DNA of 64,000 bases from Candidatus Omnitrophota bacterium (GTDB lineage Bacteria; Omnitrophota; Omnitrophia; Omnitrophales; Aquincolibacteriaceae), in the NCBI GenBank assembly GCA_030698625.1, contig JAUYMS010000041.1, positions 11,314 through 75,313 on the forward strand, given 5' to 3'. A program made the translations under genes and the position numbers. The number at the start of each line of letters is the position of its first letter. Position 1 is the first letter of the stretch. The notes beneath the pieces were generated by a model. That model made no database searches, was not told the origin of the DNA, and saw only the letters and a program-made list of their open reading frames with translations. Shown one piece after another: positions 35,787 to 45,217 of this stretch.

Positions 35787-38700
35787 TTAGAATTTACCCG
35801 TCAATCTCACAAACGGGCCGTGACTGTCAAAGTCAGTCTTCACACTTAGATCATCGTCAAAATCCGTGAAATTATAACCTAGTCCGACGCGAACGTAATC
35901 ATAAAACTCTCGGTCCACCTCGAGCAGGGTGCCGTGCTTTAGAGTACCGGCGGCCTCACTTTGCATGAGAATTCGGTATTCCAAGGCGATATCCCACTTC
36001 CGGGTCACGTGGACATTAAAGCGATTCACCCAAAGAAGCGTATCAATGACAATCTCATCGGTCACCGAGCTTGAAAAAATACCCTTCTTATAGGCCAGTT
36101 TTTCGACCAAACCCACGTATTTATGAAGGTCATAAGCCAAATCAACCGAAAGAATATGCGAACGCTCGTCAGTCGGCAACCCGGTAAACAGCCCCGTCGA
36201 GAACTGGATGTCATTGGCAATATTGTCCATATAGCTGTACTTGGTAAGCAAATTCAACTTGTCGTTGTCTACGGGGCGGTAAGCAAGCCCGACATTCATC
36301 TCGGTAAACGCCGCGCCGGTCTCATCCGGCTCAAGGAATCGTGACTTCCCGTAGTCCCAGTTGGCAAGGAAACTCAGGCTGTCAGAAATCTTATACTCGG
36401 CGCGATTGCGAATCACCCACTGCGAAAGCCGCGGGCTGTCCTGGTCACGACGATATTCCAGTGAAGCCCGAGCCCGAAATTTATCGGTGTCAGCATATTC
36501 AACGGCGCCGGCGATAGTATTAAAGGTGTTAGTACGCGTCAGTCCGGCATTGGCCTCCGCATCAAGCGCACGCGTCGTGCTGTTATCCAGATGCCGCCGT
36601 TCGAACTTCCATTCCACATTCCAACGATCTCCGATCTTGGTGTCGAGGCCGATGATGTCGCCATAGCCGTCAACACCGTCGTAGGTGGAGTGTTCGCGCT
36701 CGGAGTAAAAACGTGAGCGCTTGCTGATCGGAAAACTGCTGCCGACTGCGGTCGACAGACTCTTATGACCGATACCCCGGTCAAACATACGGATGTTGGC
36801 ATAACTGCGCACCCCTTCCGCGCGAATCTGCTCGAAACCGAAATAAGTAGAATCTCCGAGATTGCCGATCATTTGCTCAAGATACGCATAGAGGTCGTTG
36901 ACCATTTCATAACGCACACCGGCGCCGAGCTGGTGATTCGGTTTTCCGTCGAGGGTCGCCTGAAAACGCACATAGGGCAGGATGCGCTCGTTAAACTGGT
37001 ATCCGAGTTTACCGGCAACAACATTGCCCATGGGAGACTCCGAAAGCAAGCTTGGCGCAAGGGCCTCTTCGGCGGGCAGGTCGGTATAACGCCGCAGGTA
37101 CTCGGCTTCGGCAATCCATTTGGCATCACGGTAGTGAATCTGTGCCGTATGGGTCCTGAGATCTTTATAGGGCGCCACGATTCCGAGCGTCTCGGGCGTA
37201 CGCAACTGTGTGATGAGTTGGCTCTTATCCAAGCGGTAACGGACGGAGAGCTTCTCGTTAACTTTAAAACGCGCATCCAACCCGTACTTTTTGAAACCCT
37301 CCTGGGAACGAATCCGGTCGGTAGAAAATCCCGGATTCACGGCCTGGATGAAACCCGAAAGCTCCAATTGCTCGATGGGTTTAGATTCGGCCTTAATGAG
37401 CCAGGCATCCTCACGCTCATCCTGCCCCTTCAGCGGCGACAGTTCGGCGAAGCTGAGGCCGCCGTTATAAGAGACGGCCGTTTCCACCTGCTTGAGCCGT
37501 GTCTCGGCATACTCTGCCGTTACCTTGGTGTTGCGGCCGAGCTTGAGCGTGGCATCAAGGCCGCGCATATCGTAATCTACATTCTGGCGTTTCTCCTCAA
37601 CAAACGTACCGCCCAATTTTAAATGATCGCCAATGTGCGTATACCCCCGCAGACCGTGGTTATGATTTTCATGAACATTTAAACCCGCCTCGAACTCATA
37701 GTCGACCACCAGAAAGACCGGGCTCCCGTCAAGCAAATCGCCCGTCACCAGTGTATCGGAAGCGGCCACCGATGAGAGCGGCCGCGAAAGCATAATGCGC
37801 CCTTCGTCATAATCAATTTCGTAGTCGATCCCTTCCATTAAATCGTGACTATCTACGGAAATATTGCTGATCTTGTCGTGAATCTCCACACGGACTTTTT
37901 CGCTACCTTCGACGACACTTCGGTTTCGCAGGTAATAAAGAGAGCCGCCCGTGGCCGCGAATTCATTGTGATCTCCGCGCGTTGACGACTTATTCCAGAA
38001 AAGATCCATGGCGCGGTTCGGATCGCCGTAAACGGTGCTCCCCAGCGTCTCATAATGGGCCTTGAGGCCGGATAAAGTGCGGTTGTATGTGGCGAGCTCC
38101 GTGTCGGTGAAGTTTGTTTCAAAACTGCCCCATTTGACGTAGGAGCGATCCATTTCGATGAGGAGAAAAAGTTGTTGACGCGTACCCAGCCCTTCGTAAT
38201 CGCGTTCAGAATTATCTCCGTAGACCGGATAGTAGTCATCGGGATCCAGGTTCCGGAAAAATGCCGAACTGGCGCCGTCGGAATCGTAGCGCGACTTGAT
38301 CAGGAATTTCCCCTTCAATTTTCCTTTCAAATAGTAGGATAGGCGCCCTTCCTCATAGAAGCCCTGCTTGAACTCATCGTCGTGAACGGCCTTCTTGATA
38401 TTATCGCCGCCGAAGTTCACGCCCAGTTCTTCTTCGCCCAACCCCACCATGAAAAACATACTGTCCTTGACCGTAACTGTTTCGCGGTAGGTCGTTGTCT
38501 CACCGTCGGGCGTCGTGGCCCCCACGACGATCTCCTTGTCACCGGGACTCACATAGAATTCGATCTGGAAAAGGCCGCTCGAAGGGTCAACATCGACATG
38601 CTGCGTATTTATCGTTACGGAATTTTCGGGCAGTGTCTTACCGCGCACACGAACCGTGGGTTTCGCAACCAGCGGAATGGACTGTTTGCCGTCCTGAAAC

Positions 38701-40394
38701 AGATTAAAATCACCGATCGCGGGAATCTTGATATCGGCATTCGGCAATATGGCCTCGGCCTTCGAAACTACCCGGAAAAACTTGAGTGCGGTCCAGTCCT
38801 CGCGCCCTTCCTTGTCCTTGACTTTGAACTGATATGAATAGATTCCGGGTTTGATGAGAAATCCGTCTTCGGTCTGTCCCGACCACGTCACTTCGGCCGG
38901 AGGCGCTGAGAGCCCAAAGCCCGTCCACACTTCGCCACCCACCTCATCTCGCACCTCGAGATACCACGTCTTAACAAAATCCGCATAATTCATCCTAAAG
39001 CGGAAAATCGGCTCCTTTTCCAAAACGCCCAATCCGCCTTTCAGCATCTCGGGCTCCATCGTCACATCAAGCGCCGGCCGAGAAGTATCAATTCCCTGCG
39101 TCACGCTCACATTCAGGTCGTCTTGAAACTCTTTCGGAATATGCGAGGGGGGCAACAAGACGGCAAAGTTAGCTTTGCTCATAATGCCGGGCGTTGTTCG
39201 CACCAGATAAGATTCTTCTGAAATGAATTTGGTTCCGGGCGTCAGGGAATGACCGTCGATCTTGACGATATGCCGCCCGACTTTCACTGCCGGAATAAAA
39301 TATCGCCCAAACTCATCAGTCGTGATAGCAATTCCCTCTTCGGTAAACAGACGGACCCAAGGCACACCCATCTCTCCGTCGTTCTGTACGCCGTCTTGAT
39401 TGGCGTCATGAAATACCTTACCGATGATCGTGCCCTGTTCAAAGACAGGGTCCGGCCGTATGAGCAGTTGCACCTTGGCCCTTTCTGAGACCTCACTGCC
39501 GCTCAATACATTAATAAGAATGTCATAGAGCTTCCCGGTCGTGACGGCTGAAGTTACGAGCAACTGAAAGCTCGTGTTGACGGTCTCAAGGGGACCGAGA
39601 TTGCCCACGGAAATAAAAACCGACCCTTCTTCAAACGGGACCCGCCGATCATTGACGCGCACCGACTGCGGCAAGAGATCGAAGCCAACCGGAAAATCAG
39701 CGAAGAGCTGGGTGCCCGGCAGCGCGCTGTCGGAGACATTGGTGAACTGCGCAAAAATCGTTACCGCGTCCCCGGGCTTAACCGCATTGTTCGAAGCCGA
39801 AACCACGAGTTTTGCGGGATTGATGTCACCGGTCACGTCATCAAAGAGTACGTTGCCGTTCGCACCCAGGATGCGAAGGGTAAAGACAATACGCTCCGTG
39901 CCTTCGGGCGCCGTCCCCGAAGCCGTAAACCGTTGGAATCCCGCGCCGGGCGGCGCATTCGTGCTATCGATAAAAGGAGAGACCACATCCGAAATCAGGA
40001 CATCCGAATTACTTGCTTCATTGACCCTTTTGAACTCGATGCGCAACTGCGCACCCTGCCCCGCTCCGTTGGCAACGTTGGACTCAACTAACGCACTGAA
40101 GGTGACAAAATCACGCGGATTGACCGGCTCTGAGGTCTGGAAGGTAAACTGCGCCGTCGTCGCCAGAAGGAGCGCAAAGGCACCCTCCGGGGGCTGCGAA
40201 AACCCGGCCGGAAACGTCCCGTCACCTGGAGTCACGCGCACGGCACCGTTTGTGATGTCCCAGTTTCCGGCGGTTCCATTGCCGATTTCCTGTTCGAAAC
40301 TCGTATTTCCGATAATGTTGGCATACGCGGGAGCGGCACCCATCAGCGACACCAACACGCTCCATAAAATAGTGTGAAGTAATTTTGTTCTCAT
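35787..40394 (-). CDS. Giant (1535 aa) outer-membrane protein with an N-terminal Ig-like/SdrD-B-like region and a large C-terminal beta-barrel-like domain.
   Basis: Signal peptide. An SdrD-B-type motif reads GKVFHDANQDGVQNDGEMGVPWVRL...TTDEFGRYFI. The aromatic/Gly-rich C-terminal half ends in ...FVRLTGKF (a C-terminal Phe typical of outer-membrane proteins). Confidence 0.7.
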   Translation of the reverse strand: MRTKLLHTILWSVLVSLMGAAPAYANIIGNTSFEQEIGNGTAGNWDITNGAVRVTPGDGTFPAGFSQPPEGAFALLLATTAQFTFQTSEPVNPRDFVTFSALVESNVANGAGQGAQLRIEFKRVNEASNSDVLISDVVSPFIDSTNAPPGAGFQRFTASGTAPEGTERIVFTLRILGANGNVLFDDVTGDINPAKLVVSASNNAVKPGDAVTIFAQFTNVSDSALPGTQLFADFPVGFDLLPQSVRVNDRRVPFEEGSVFISVGNLGPLETVNTSFQLLVTSAVTTGKLYDILINVLSGSEVSERAKVQLLIRPDPVFEQGTIIGKVFHDANQDGVQNDGEMGVPWVRLFTEEGIAITTDEFGRYFIPAVKVGRHIVKIDGHSLTPGTKFISEESYLVRTTPGIMSKANFAVLLPPSHIPKEFQDDLNVSVTQGIDTSRPALDVTMEPEMLKGGLGVLEKEPIFRFRMNYADFVKTWYLEVRDEVGGEVWTGFGLSAPPAEVTWSGQTEDGFLIKPGIYSYQFKVKDKEGREDWTALKFFRVVSKAEAILPNADIKIPAIGDFNLFQDGKQSIPLVAKPTVRVRGKTLPENSVTINTQHVDVDPSSGLFQIEFYVSPGDKEIVVGATTPDGETTTYRETVTVKDSMFFMVGLGEEELGVNFGGDNIKKAVHDDEFKQGFYEEGRLSYYLKGKLKGKFLIKSRYDSDGASSAFFRNLDPDDYYPVYGDNSERDYEGLGTRQQLFLLIEMDRSYVKWGSFETNFTDTELATYNRTLSGLKAHYETLGSTVYGDPNRAMDLFWNKSSTRGDHNEFAATGGSLYYLRNRSVVEGSEKVRVEIHDKISNISVDSHDLMEGIDYEIDYDEGRIMLSRPLSSVAASDTLVTGDLLDGSPVFLVVDYEFEAGLNVHENHNHGLRGYTHIGDHLKLGGTFVEEKRQNVDYDMRGLDATLKLGRNTKVTAEYAETRLKQVETAVSYNGGLSFAELSPLKGQDEREDAWLIKAESKPIEQLELSGFIQAVNPGFSTDRIRSQEGFKKYGLDARFKVNEKLSVRYRLDKSQLITQLRTPETLGIVAPYKDLRTHTAQIHYRDAKWIAEAEYLRRYTDLPAEEALAPSLLSESPMGNVVAGKLGYQFNERILPYVRFQATLDGKPNHQLGAGVRYEMVNDLYAYLEQMIGNLGDSTYFGFEQIRAEGVRSYANIRMFDRGIGHKSLSTAVGSSFPISKRSRFYSEREHSTYDGVDGYGDIIGLDTKIGDRWNVEWKFERRHLDNSTTRALDAEANAGLTRTNTFNTIAGAVEYADTDKFRARASLEYRRDQDSPRLSQWVIRNRAEYKISDSLSFLANWDYGKSRFLEPDETGAAFTEMNVGLAYRPVDNDKLNLLTKYSYMDNIANDIQFSTGLFTGLPTDERSHILSVDLAYDLHKYVGLVEKLAYKKGIFSSSVTDEIVIDTLLWVNRFNVHVTRKWDIALEYRILMQSEAAGTLKHGTLLEVDREFYDYVRVGLGYNFTDFDDDLSVKTDFDSHGPFVRLTGKF

Positions 40395-42452
40395 TTAGAA
40401 ACGTCTCTGTGAAAAACTCATGCCGAATCTCAAGTCCCAATTTGTTGCGAAAGGCGCTTCCCCGTCCTGTTTCGCATTCTGCACGCCTCCGACACCGACA
40501 TACTCGACAAAAAGCTTTGTCTTCGACAGCCACTCATTTTCCTTGAAACGGTAACTCATGAAGGGCATCCACCGCACCCCGGCGCCCAGGAAATAACGGT
40601 TCTGAAAGGGGAAGGAAAATTCCGAATTGTTGACATGCTCCGCATGCAGATAAGGCATCAAAACGAGTTCGTCATTAAACGGGTTAGGCGGAAGCGGAAT
40701 ACCGGGGAGTTTAAACCCCAGAATCACGGAAGAATTCCAGATGAAGGCGTCAAAATTATTCAGGCTGGAGAAGTTCGTCATCTCAAAGCGATAATCCCCG
40801 AAGTACTCGCCCCACACATACCGCCGGACAAACTCAGGAACGCTGTCGGGGCTCTTTTCGGAGACCGGCGGCAAATCGACGCCCCACTCATAGAATATTT
40901 GGACGCCCGCACGAAGATCGTAATCGCGGCTGCCAATGATTTCGCCTTTGAGGTTTTTACGATTAAAGTACTGCACATACGCGCGATAGTTTTTCACCCA
41001 CTCAAGAAGCGGCAGACCCCACGGACGGAAGTTATAGAAGAATGTATTGTATTGGAACGGGCGCCACTCGAGCCCGGCGCTCAGATCCAGGTGCGATGCG
41101 GCATCGACACCGTTGGACTCTAAAGCCGCTGTCGCTTCCACGAAAGGATCGACCGTACTCAACGGGAACCGAATCCCTTTAAACACCAACCGATTTGTCC
41201 AGAAACCTACCTGGTCGGCAAAGTTTTCCGCATCCAAATTGGTTTGTCTCCAGGTTGTTTCACCGAAAGACTGCCAGACCAGGGGCTCGCCCGACGGGAT
41301 CCCGTAGAAAGGCCCGTAGAGCTTATTGCCGATATCCAATTGGTCGATGTATTTGAGGAAAAGCTGCTCTTCCTTTTCAAACTGAGCTTGTGTCTTTTGG
41401 GGCGGTAGGTCGGCTTCGATCTGAATTCGGATATAGTTCTGCGCCTCTTCCACCATTTTCTTGAAATCGCCGCCGCTCGCCTCAACAACTGCCTTGATCA
41501 TGATGATCTCACCGCGCGCTTTGTCTTCCGATAGATACCCGCGGTGCCCCACATAATAGAGATAGTGTTCTGTGCCGTCGGCGCCAGCTAACTTTAAACG
41601 CCGGATTTCGGCCCCTTCAAACGTGCCCGACTCCATGACTTCATCAAACCATTTTCGGATCTCGCGAACATCCTTCGCATTAGGAAGCGGCCGGGTCCTG
41701 AGTACATTTTCGCCGAAATCAGTGACAATAGAATATCGCGAGCCGGACCCAAGCTCGGTTTCGGGAACCAGAACAAAGCCGGAAAGTTCCGTGGTTTGAT
41801 AAGCGAGCTTCTGATCAGGGCCCATAAAAAAATGCTCCGCAAAAAGATTCTTTGGACCCTCGGCCTTAGCGGGTGCTTTCCGCTTTGCCGAACTGATGGG
41901 AATCGCCATGCGCTCTCTCGACTCTTCTTGTGGTTGCTCGACCTGGGGCACCGCAAGCTGTGAGTAAGTCGGCTCCATCTTCATCGGAAGCGGTTCGGGT
42001 TCCACCGGGGCTACTTTCAATGTAGGCGTCGGTACCGGTGTGGGAAAGGGCGTTGGAATCGGTGTAGGAAAAGGCGTAGGCATCGGCGTCGGAAATGGGG
42101 TTGGGAAGGGTGTGGGCATCGGCGTCGGGTCCGGTGTCGCGCGATAGGACGGCTCGACTTTCGACGACGTGTCTTCAGCTGCGATGTCCTCGCCAGAAGT
42201 CAGCCAGTTTTCCGACTCATCCCAAGACGGCTGGGTTGAAGGAGCCGGCGTCGGCGATGATTGCGTCTCAGTCTCAACCCACCCCTTAAGATCGCTCCAT
42301 TCATCGTCCCAAGGATCGTCAGCCTCATCGATACCCGCATCCCGAGCTTTGTCGGGGTCATACCCCTCATCCCCGAAGACTGCCGGTGATGCAAAAACTG
42401 TCACAAAAATCAAGCCAATGATAAGACAACGGTAGCTACAGAGTTTGGTCAT
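40395..42452 (-). CDS. Outer-membrane protein with a (PTPF/M/I/V)n linker and a C-terminal beta-barrel-like domain.
   Basis: Signal peptide, then an acidic region, then PTPMPTPFPTPFPTPMPTPFPTPIPTPFPTPVPTPT. The C-terminus ends in ...MSFSQRRF. Its stop abuts the start of 35787..40394. Confidence 0.65.
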   Translation of the reverse strand: MTKLCSYRCLIIGLIFVTVFASPAVFGDEGYDPDKARDAGIDEADDPWDDEWSDLKGWVETETQSSPTPAPSTQPSWDESENWLTSGEDIAAEDTSSKVEPSYRATPDPTPMPTPFPTPFPTPMPTPFPTPIPTPFPTPVPTPTLKVAPVEPEPLPMKMEPTYSQLAVPQVEQPQEESRERMAIPISSAKRKAPAKAEGPKNLFAEHFFMGPDQKLAYQTTELSGFVLVPETELGSGSRYSIVTDFGENVLRTRPLPNAKDVREIRKWFDEVMESGTFEGAEIRRLKLAGADGTEHYLYYVGHRGYLSEDKARGEIIMIKAVVEASGGDFKKMVEEAQNYIRIQIEADLPPQKTQAQFEKEEQLFLKYIDQLDIGNKLYGPFYGIPSGEPLVWQSFGETTWRQTNLDAENFADQVGFWTNRLVFKGIRFPLSTVDPFVEATAALESNGVDAASHLDLSAGLEWRPFQYNTFFYNFRPWGLPLLEWVKNYRAYVQYFNRKNLKGEIIGSRDYDLRAGVQIFYEWGVDLPPVSEKSPDSVPEFVRRYVWGEYFGDYRFEMTNFSSLNNFDAFIWNSSVILGFKLPGIPLPPNPFNDELVLMPYLHAEHVNNSEFSFPFQNRYFLGAGVRWMPFMSYRFKENEWLSKTKLFVEYVGVGGVQNAKQDGEAPFATNWDLRFGMSFSQRRF
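42023..42140. repeat. Tandem 12-nt coding repeat (the plus-strand read GGTGTGGGAAAGGGCGTTGGAATCGGTGTAGGAAAAGGCGTAGGCATCGGCGTCGG...) encoding the PTPx linker.
   Basis: Read directly. It consists of imperfect 12-nt units. Confidence 0.6.
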
Positions 42453-43252
42453 GCCATCCCGAGTACTTGCCGCATGTCGTAGAGACCGTGCCGCCTCTTC
42501 GCCACAAACCGCGCGGCGCGAAGCGCCCCCTGAGCAAAGGCCTCGCGTGAACTTGCGCGATGAGTTAGTTCCAGCCTTTCCCCGTCTCCGAGATAGAAAA
42601 CAGTATGATCCCCGACTACATCTCCGCCCCTAAAAGCCAAAACTCCGATCTTCCCCCGGCTACGTGCCCCCGTTTCGCCCCGGCGTCCGTAAACGGTGTC
42701 ACGCGAAGGGTTCCTCTTGCGCGCCTTGGCAACAATCTCCAGGAGTTTCATGGCGGTACCGCTCGGCGCGTCTTTCTTCATGCGATGGTGTGTTTCAGCT
42801 ATTTCAATATCATAATCCTCTGTCAGCACCCCGGCGGTTACCTCACTGAGCCAGAACAAAATGTTAACCCCAATGCTCATATTCGGGGCTTGCACGATAG
42901 GAATCTTCTTTGACGCCGTCTTTAACGACTTAAGCGCAGCCGCCTTTAGACCTGTCGTGCCCAAGACATAACCCGTCTTATTCTTTACGCAGGCCTTGAG
43001 ATTCGCGTTCAGGGCACTCGGATGGCTAAAGTCGATGAGAACGTCGGCAGATTGTAAAGCCACAGAGGGGCTTGTCGTTAAACGCACTCCGACCGGATCG
43101 CAACCTAGAAGGGTGCCGATATCTTGGCCTAGGCTCGGGCAGGCGGCCATCTCGAGCGCACCGGTAATCTTAAAAGCGCGATCCTTGGCAGCCAAGCCAA
43201 GAATAGTTTGGCCCATGCGGCCCGCCGCACCCGCCATGGCAATTCGAATCAT
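42449..43252 (-). CDS. dapB: 4-hydroxy-tetrahydrodipicolinate reductase.
   Basis: MIRIAMAGAAGRMGQ Rossmann motif plus the DapB C-terminal domain. Confidence 0.9.
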   Translation of the reverse strand: MIRIAMAGAAGRMGQTILGLAAKDRAFKITGALEMAACPSLGQDIGTLLGCDPVGVRLTTSPSVALQSADVLIDFSHPSALNANLKACVKNKTGYVLGTTGLKAAALKSLKTASKKIPIVQAPNMSIGVNILFWLSEVTAGVLTEDYDIEIAETHHRMKKDAPSGTAMKLLEIVAKARKRNPSRDTVYGRRGETGARSRGKIGVLAFRGGDVVGDHTVFYLGDGERLELTHRASSREAFAQGALRAARFVAKRRHGLYDMRQVLGMA

Positions 43253-44133
43253 TGAATAACTCCCAAGGTCTTAAGAACTTTTCTGAGCTTCTGTTGGTTA
43301 GCTTTGGTCATCGCGCAAAGCGGCAATCTGAGTTCGGGCTTGATCTTGCGCATCATTCCCAATGCCGTCTTCACCGGAATCGGATTCGATTCGACAAAAA
43401 GCACTTTGGCCAACTCATACATCTCCTGATGAAGCGCGCGCGCACCCACCATGTCACCTTTCAAAGCCCGGTGCACCATCGCCCGAACCTTGATGGGTAC
43501 AATATTCGCCGTTACAGAAATCACTCCGCGGGCCCCGATGGCCATCATCGGGAAAGTCAGGCCGTCATCCCCGGAAAGAACCGTAATATCGCAAAGAGAC
43601 AGGATCTCGTCGACCTGCCCCAGATCGCCGCTTGCCTCTTTAACGGCGACCACGGTATCGATCTTGGCCAACCGTGCAACCGTATGAGGAGACAGAGATA
43701 CCCCCGTCCGGCCCGGTACATTATATAGAACCATTGGTATATCGACTTTTGAGGCTAAATATTGATAATGGCGGTAGAGCCCCTCTTGGGTAGGCTTGTT
43801 GTAGTAAGGGGTTACGACAAGGACGCCGTCGGCTTTGGCTCGCCTGGCATACCGGACCAGTCCCAGCGCCTCTTCGGTGTTGTTCGACCCCGCGCCACAG
43901 ATGACCGGCGCTCGGCCGTCGACATACTCGACCACGATCGACATCAGCCGCCTATGCTCGTCATGCGACATCGTCGCCGACTCCCCGGTGGTACCGCAGG
44001 GAATCAGAACATCGGTACCGCTTCGAAGATGAAAATCCAGCAATCCCCGCAAGGCCTTCCGGTCAATCTTACCGTTTCTGAAAGGAGTGACCAGCGCTAC
44101 CATGGAACCTTCGAATTGCCGTGCTTTTGCCAT
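43249..44133 (-). CDS. dapA: 4-hydroxy-tetrahydrodipicolinate synthase.
   Basis: Start reassigned to MAKARQFEGSMVALVTPF (ATG at 44131-44133). It contains the GTTGE motif. Confidence 0.9.
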   Translation of the reverse strand: MAKARQFEGSMVALVTPFRNGKIDRKALRGLLDFHLRSGTDVLIPCGTTGESATMSHDEHRRLMSIVVEYVDGRAPVICGAGSNNTEEALGLVRYARRAKADGVLVVTPYYNKPTQEGLYRHYQYLASKVDIPMVLYNVPGRTGVSLSPHTVARLAKIDTVVAVKEASGDLGQVDEILSLCDITVLSGDDGLTFPMMAIGARGVISVTANIVPIKVRAMVHRALKGDMVGARALHQEMYELAKVLFVESNPIPVKTALGMMRKIKPELRLPLCAMTKANQQKLRKVLKTLGVIQ

Positions 44134-44162
44134 GACTACCCTCTCGACATTACCCGCACTAT

Positions 44163-44981
44163 TTATGAAATGGTTCCTTCGTAGACAAACTGCGCTTCGC
44201 CTTCTAAATAAACGTCCCACACCCGGGTGCCTGTGACTTGAAAATCTATCTTGAGAATCTCTCCTCCGCTGGTCTTAACATTCACCGGAGGCTTTGTGTA
44301 ACCCATGAGTGTGCTTACAATGGCTGATGCCGTAGAGCCGGTACCGCAAGCCAACGTTTCACCTTCGACGCCTCGCTCATAGGTGCGAACGAGAATATCC
44401 TTTTCCCCTTTAATTTCCACGAAATTCACATTGGTTCCCTTGGGCTTAAAGGCTTGGTCGTGGCGAACCGCGCGGCCGAGGGCAGCGACGTCTATTTTCG
44501 AGATTCCCTCCACAAAGATCACCGTATGCGGGACTCCCGTATTAATAAATGAGTAATGCAGGCGATTGCCCAGGACAGAGATCTCCCGGCGTTCGCGATA
44601 ATCTTTGGTTCTTGCGAGCTGCACGCGGATCTTGGCGCCGTTGATTTCAGCGCGTATCACGCCCGACTGGGATTCAAAACGAAATTTGGAGGCAGCCCCA
44701 TGCTTCTCAACCGCGTATCTGGCAATGCAGCGGAATCCGTTGCCGCAAGCCTCAGCTTCGGAGCCGTCGGAGTTAATGATACGCATCTTAAAATCGGCTC
44801 GCGAGGACTTTTCATAAAGGAGCAGGCCGTCGGCACCGACCCCCGAATGACGTGGGCAGACCCGTTTTGCAAAGGAAACCGGATCGCGCAAAATCTGCTC
44901 GCGGTTATCAATGACAATGAAGTCATTGCCTGAAGCCACCATTTTGTAGAAAGGTATGGTCGTAGTCATATTTAAACTCAT
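44163..44981 (-). CDS. dapF: Diaminopimelate epimerase.
   Basis: FYKMVASGNDFIVID plus the C-terminal GNGxRC motif. Confidence 0.9.
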   Translation of the reverse strand: MSLNMTTTIPFYKMVASGNDFIVIDNREQILRDPVSFAKRVCPRHSGVGADGLLLYEKSSRADFKMRIINSDGSEAEACGNGFRCIARYAVEKHGAASKFRFESQSGVIRAEINGAKIRVQLARTKDYRERREISVLGNRLHYSFINTGVPHTVIFVEGISKIDVAALGRAVRHDQAFKPKGTNVNFVEIKGEKDILVRTYERGVEGETLACGTGSTASAIVSTLMGYTKPPVNVKTSGGEILKIDFQVTGTRVWDVYLEGEAQFVYEGTIS

Positions 44982-45046
44982 AAAAAATCCTTTAATTTTA
45001 ACAAATCTCTCATTTTTTAGCCATGTCTATCTAAAGCAGCCTTTAG

Positions 45047-45217
45047 TCACTTTCTCTTCCTTTCCTTCTGCCATCCTCCAATAATTAACATCATGCCCAC
45101 CATGAAGAAACTCAAGAAACCGAAGAGGCCCAATGTGACGTTCGTCTGTGATCCTGCGAAAAATGCAAACATGATGAAAAGAAGACCCGGAAGAAGGTAT
45201 TTTAAGAAGTAACTCAT
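45047..45217 (-). CDS. Small (about 56 aa) two-TM membrane protein, translationally coupled (ATGA) to the upstream MFS gene.
   Basis: MSYFLKYLLPGLLFIMFAFFAGSQTNVTLGLFGFLSFFMVGMMLIIGGWQKERKRK. Its ATG at 45215-45217 overlaps the MFS stop TGA at 45214-45216. Confidence 0.4.
   Translation of the reverse strand: MSYFLKYLLPGLLFIMFAFFAGSQTNVTLGLFGFLSFFMVGMMLIIGGWQKERKRK

Noticed and set aside
36765-40377. Plus-strand ORFs of 267-285 aa (36765..37622, 39574..40377) inside the giant OMP gene.
   Set aside because: They are antisense to a continuous 1535-codon reading frame. They have no start or SD context.
42023-42140. Tandem repeat considered as a possible CRISPR-like array.
   Set aside because: The units are 12 nt, contiguous and in-frame within a coding sequence (PTPx linker). 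There are no spacers and no cas genes.
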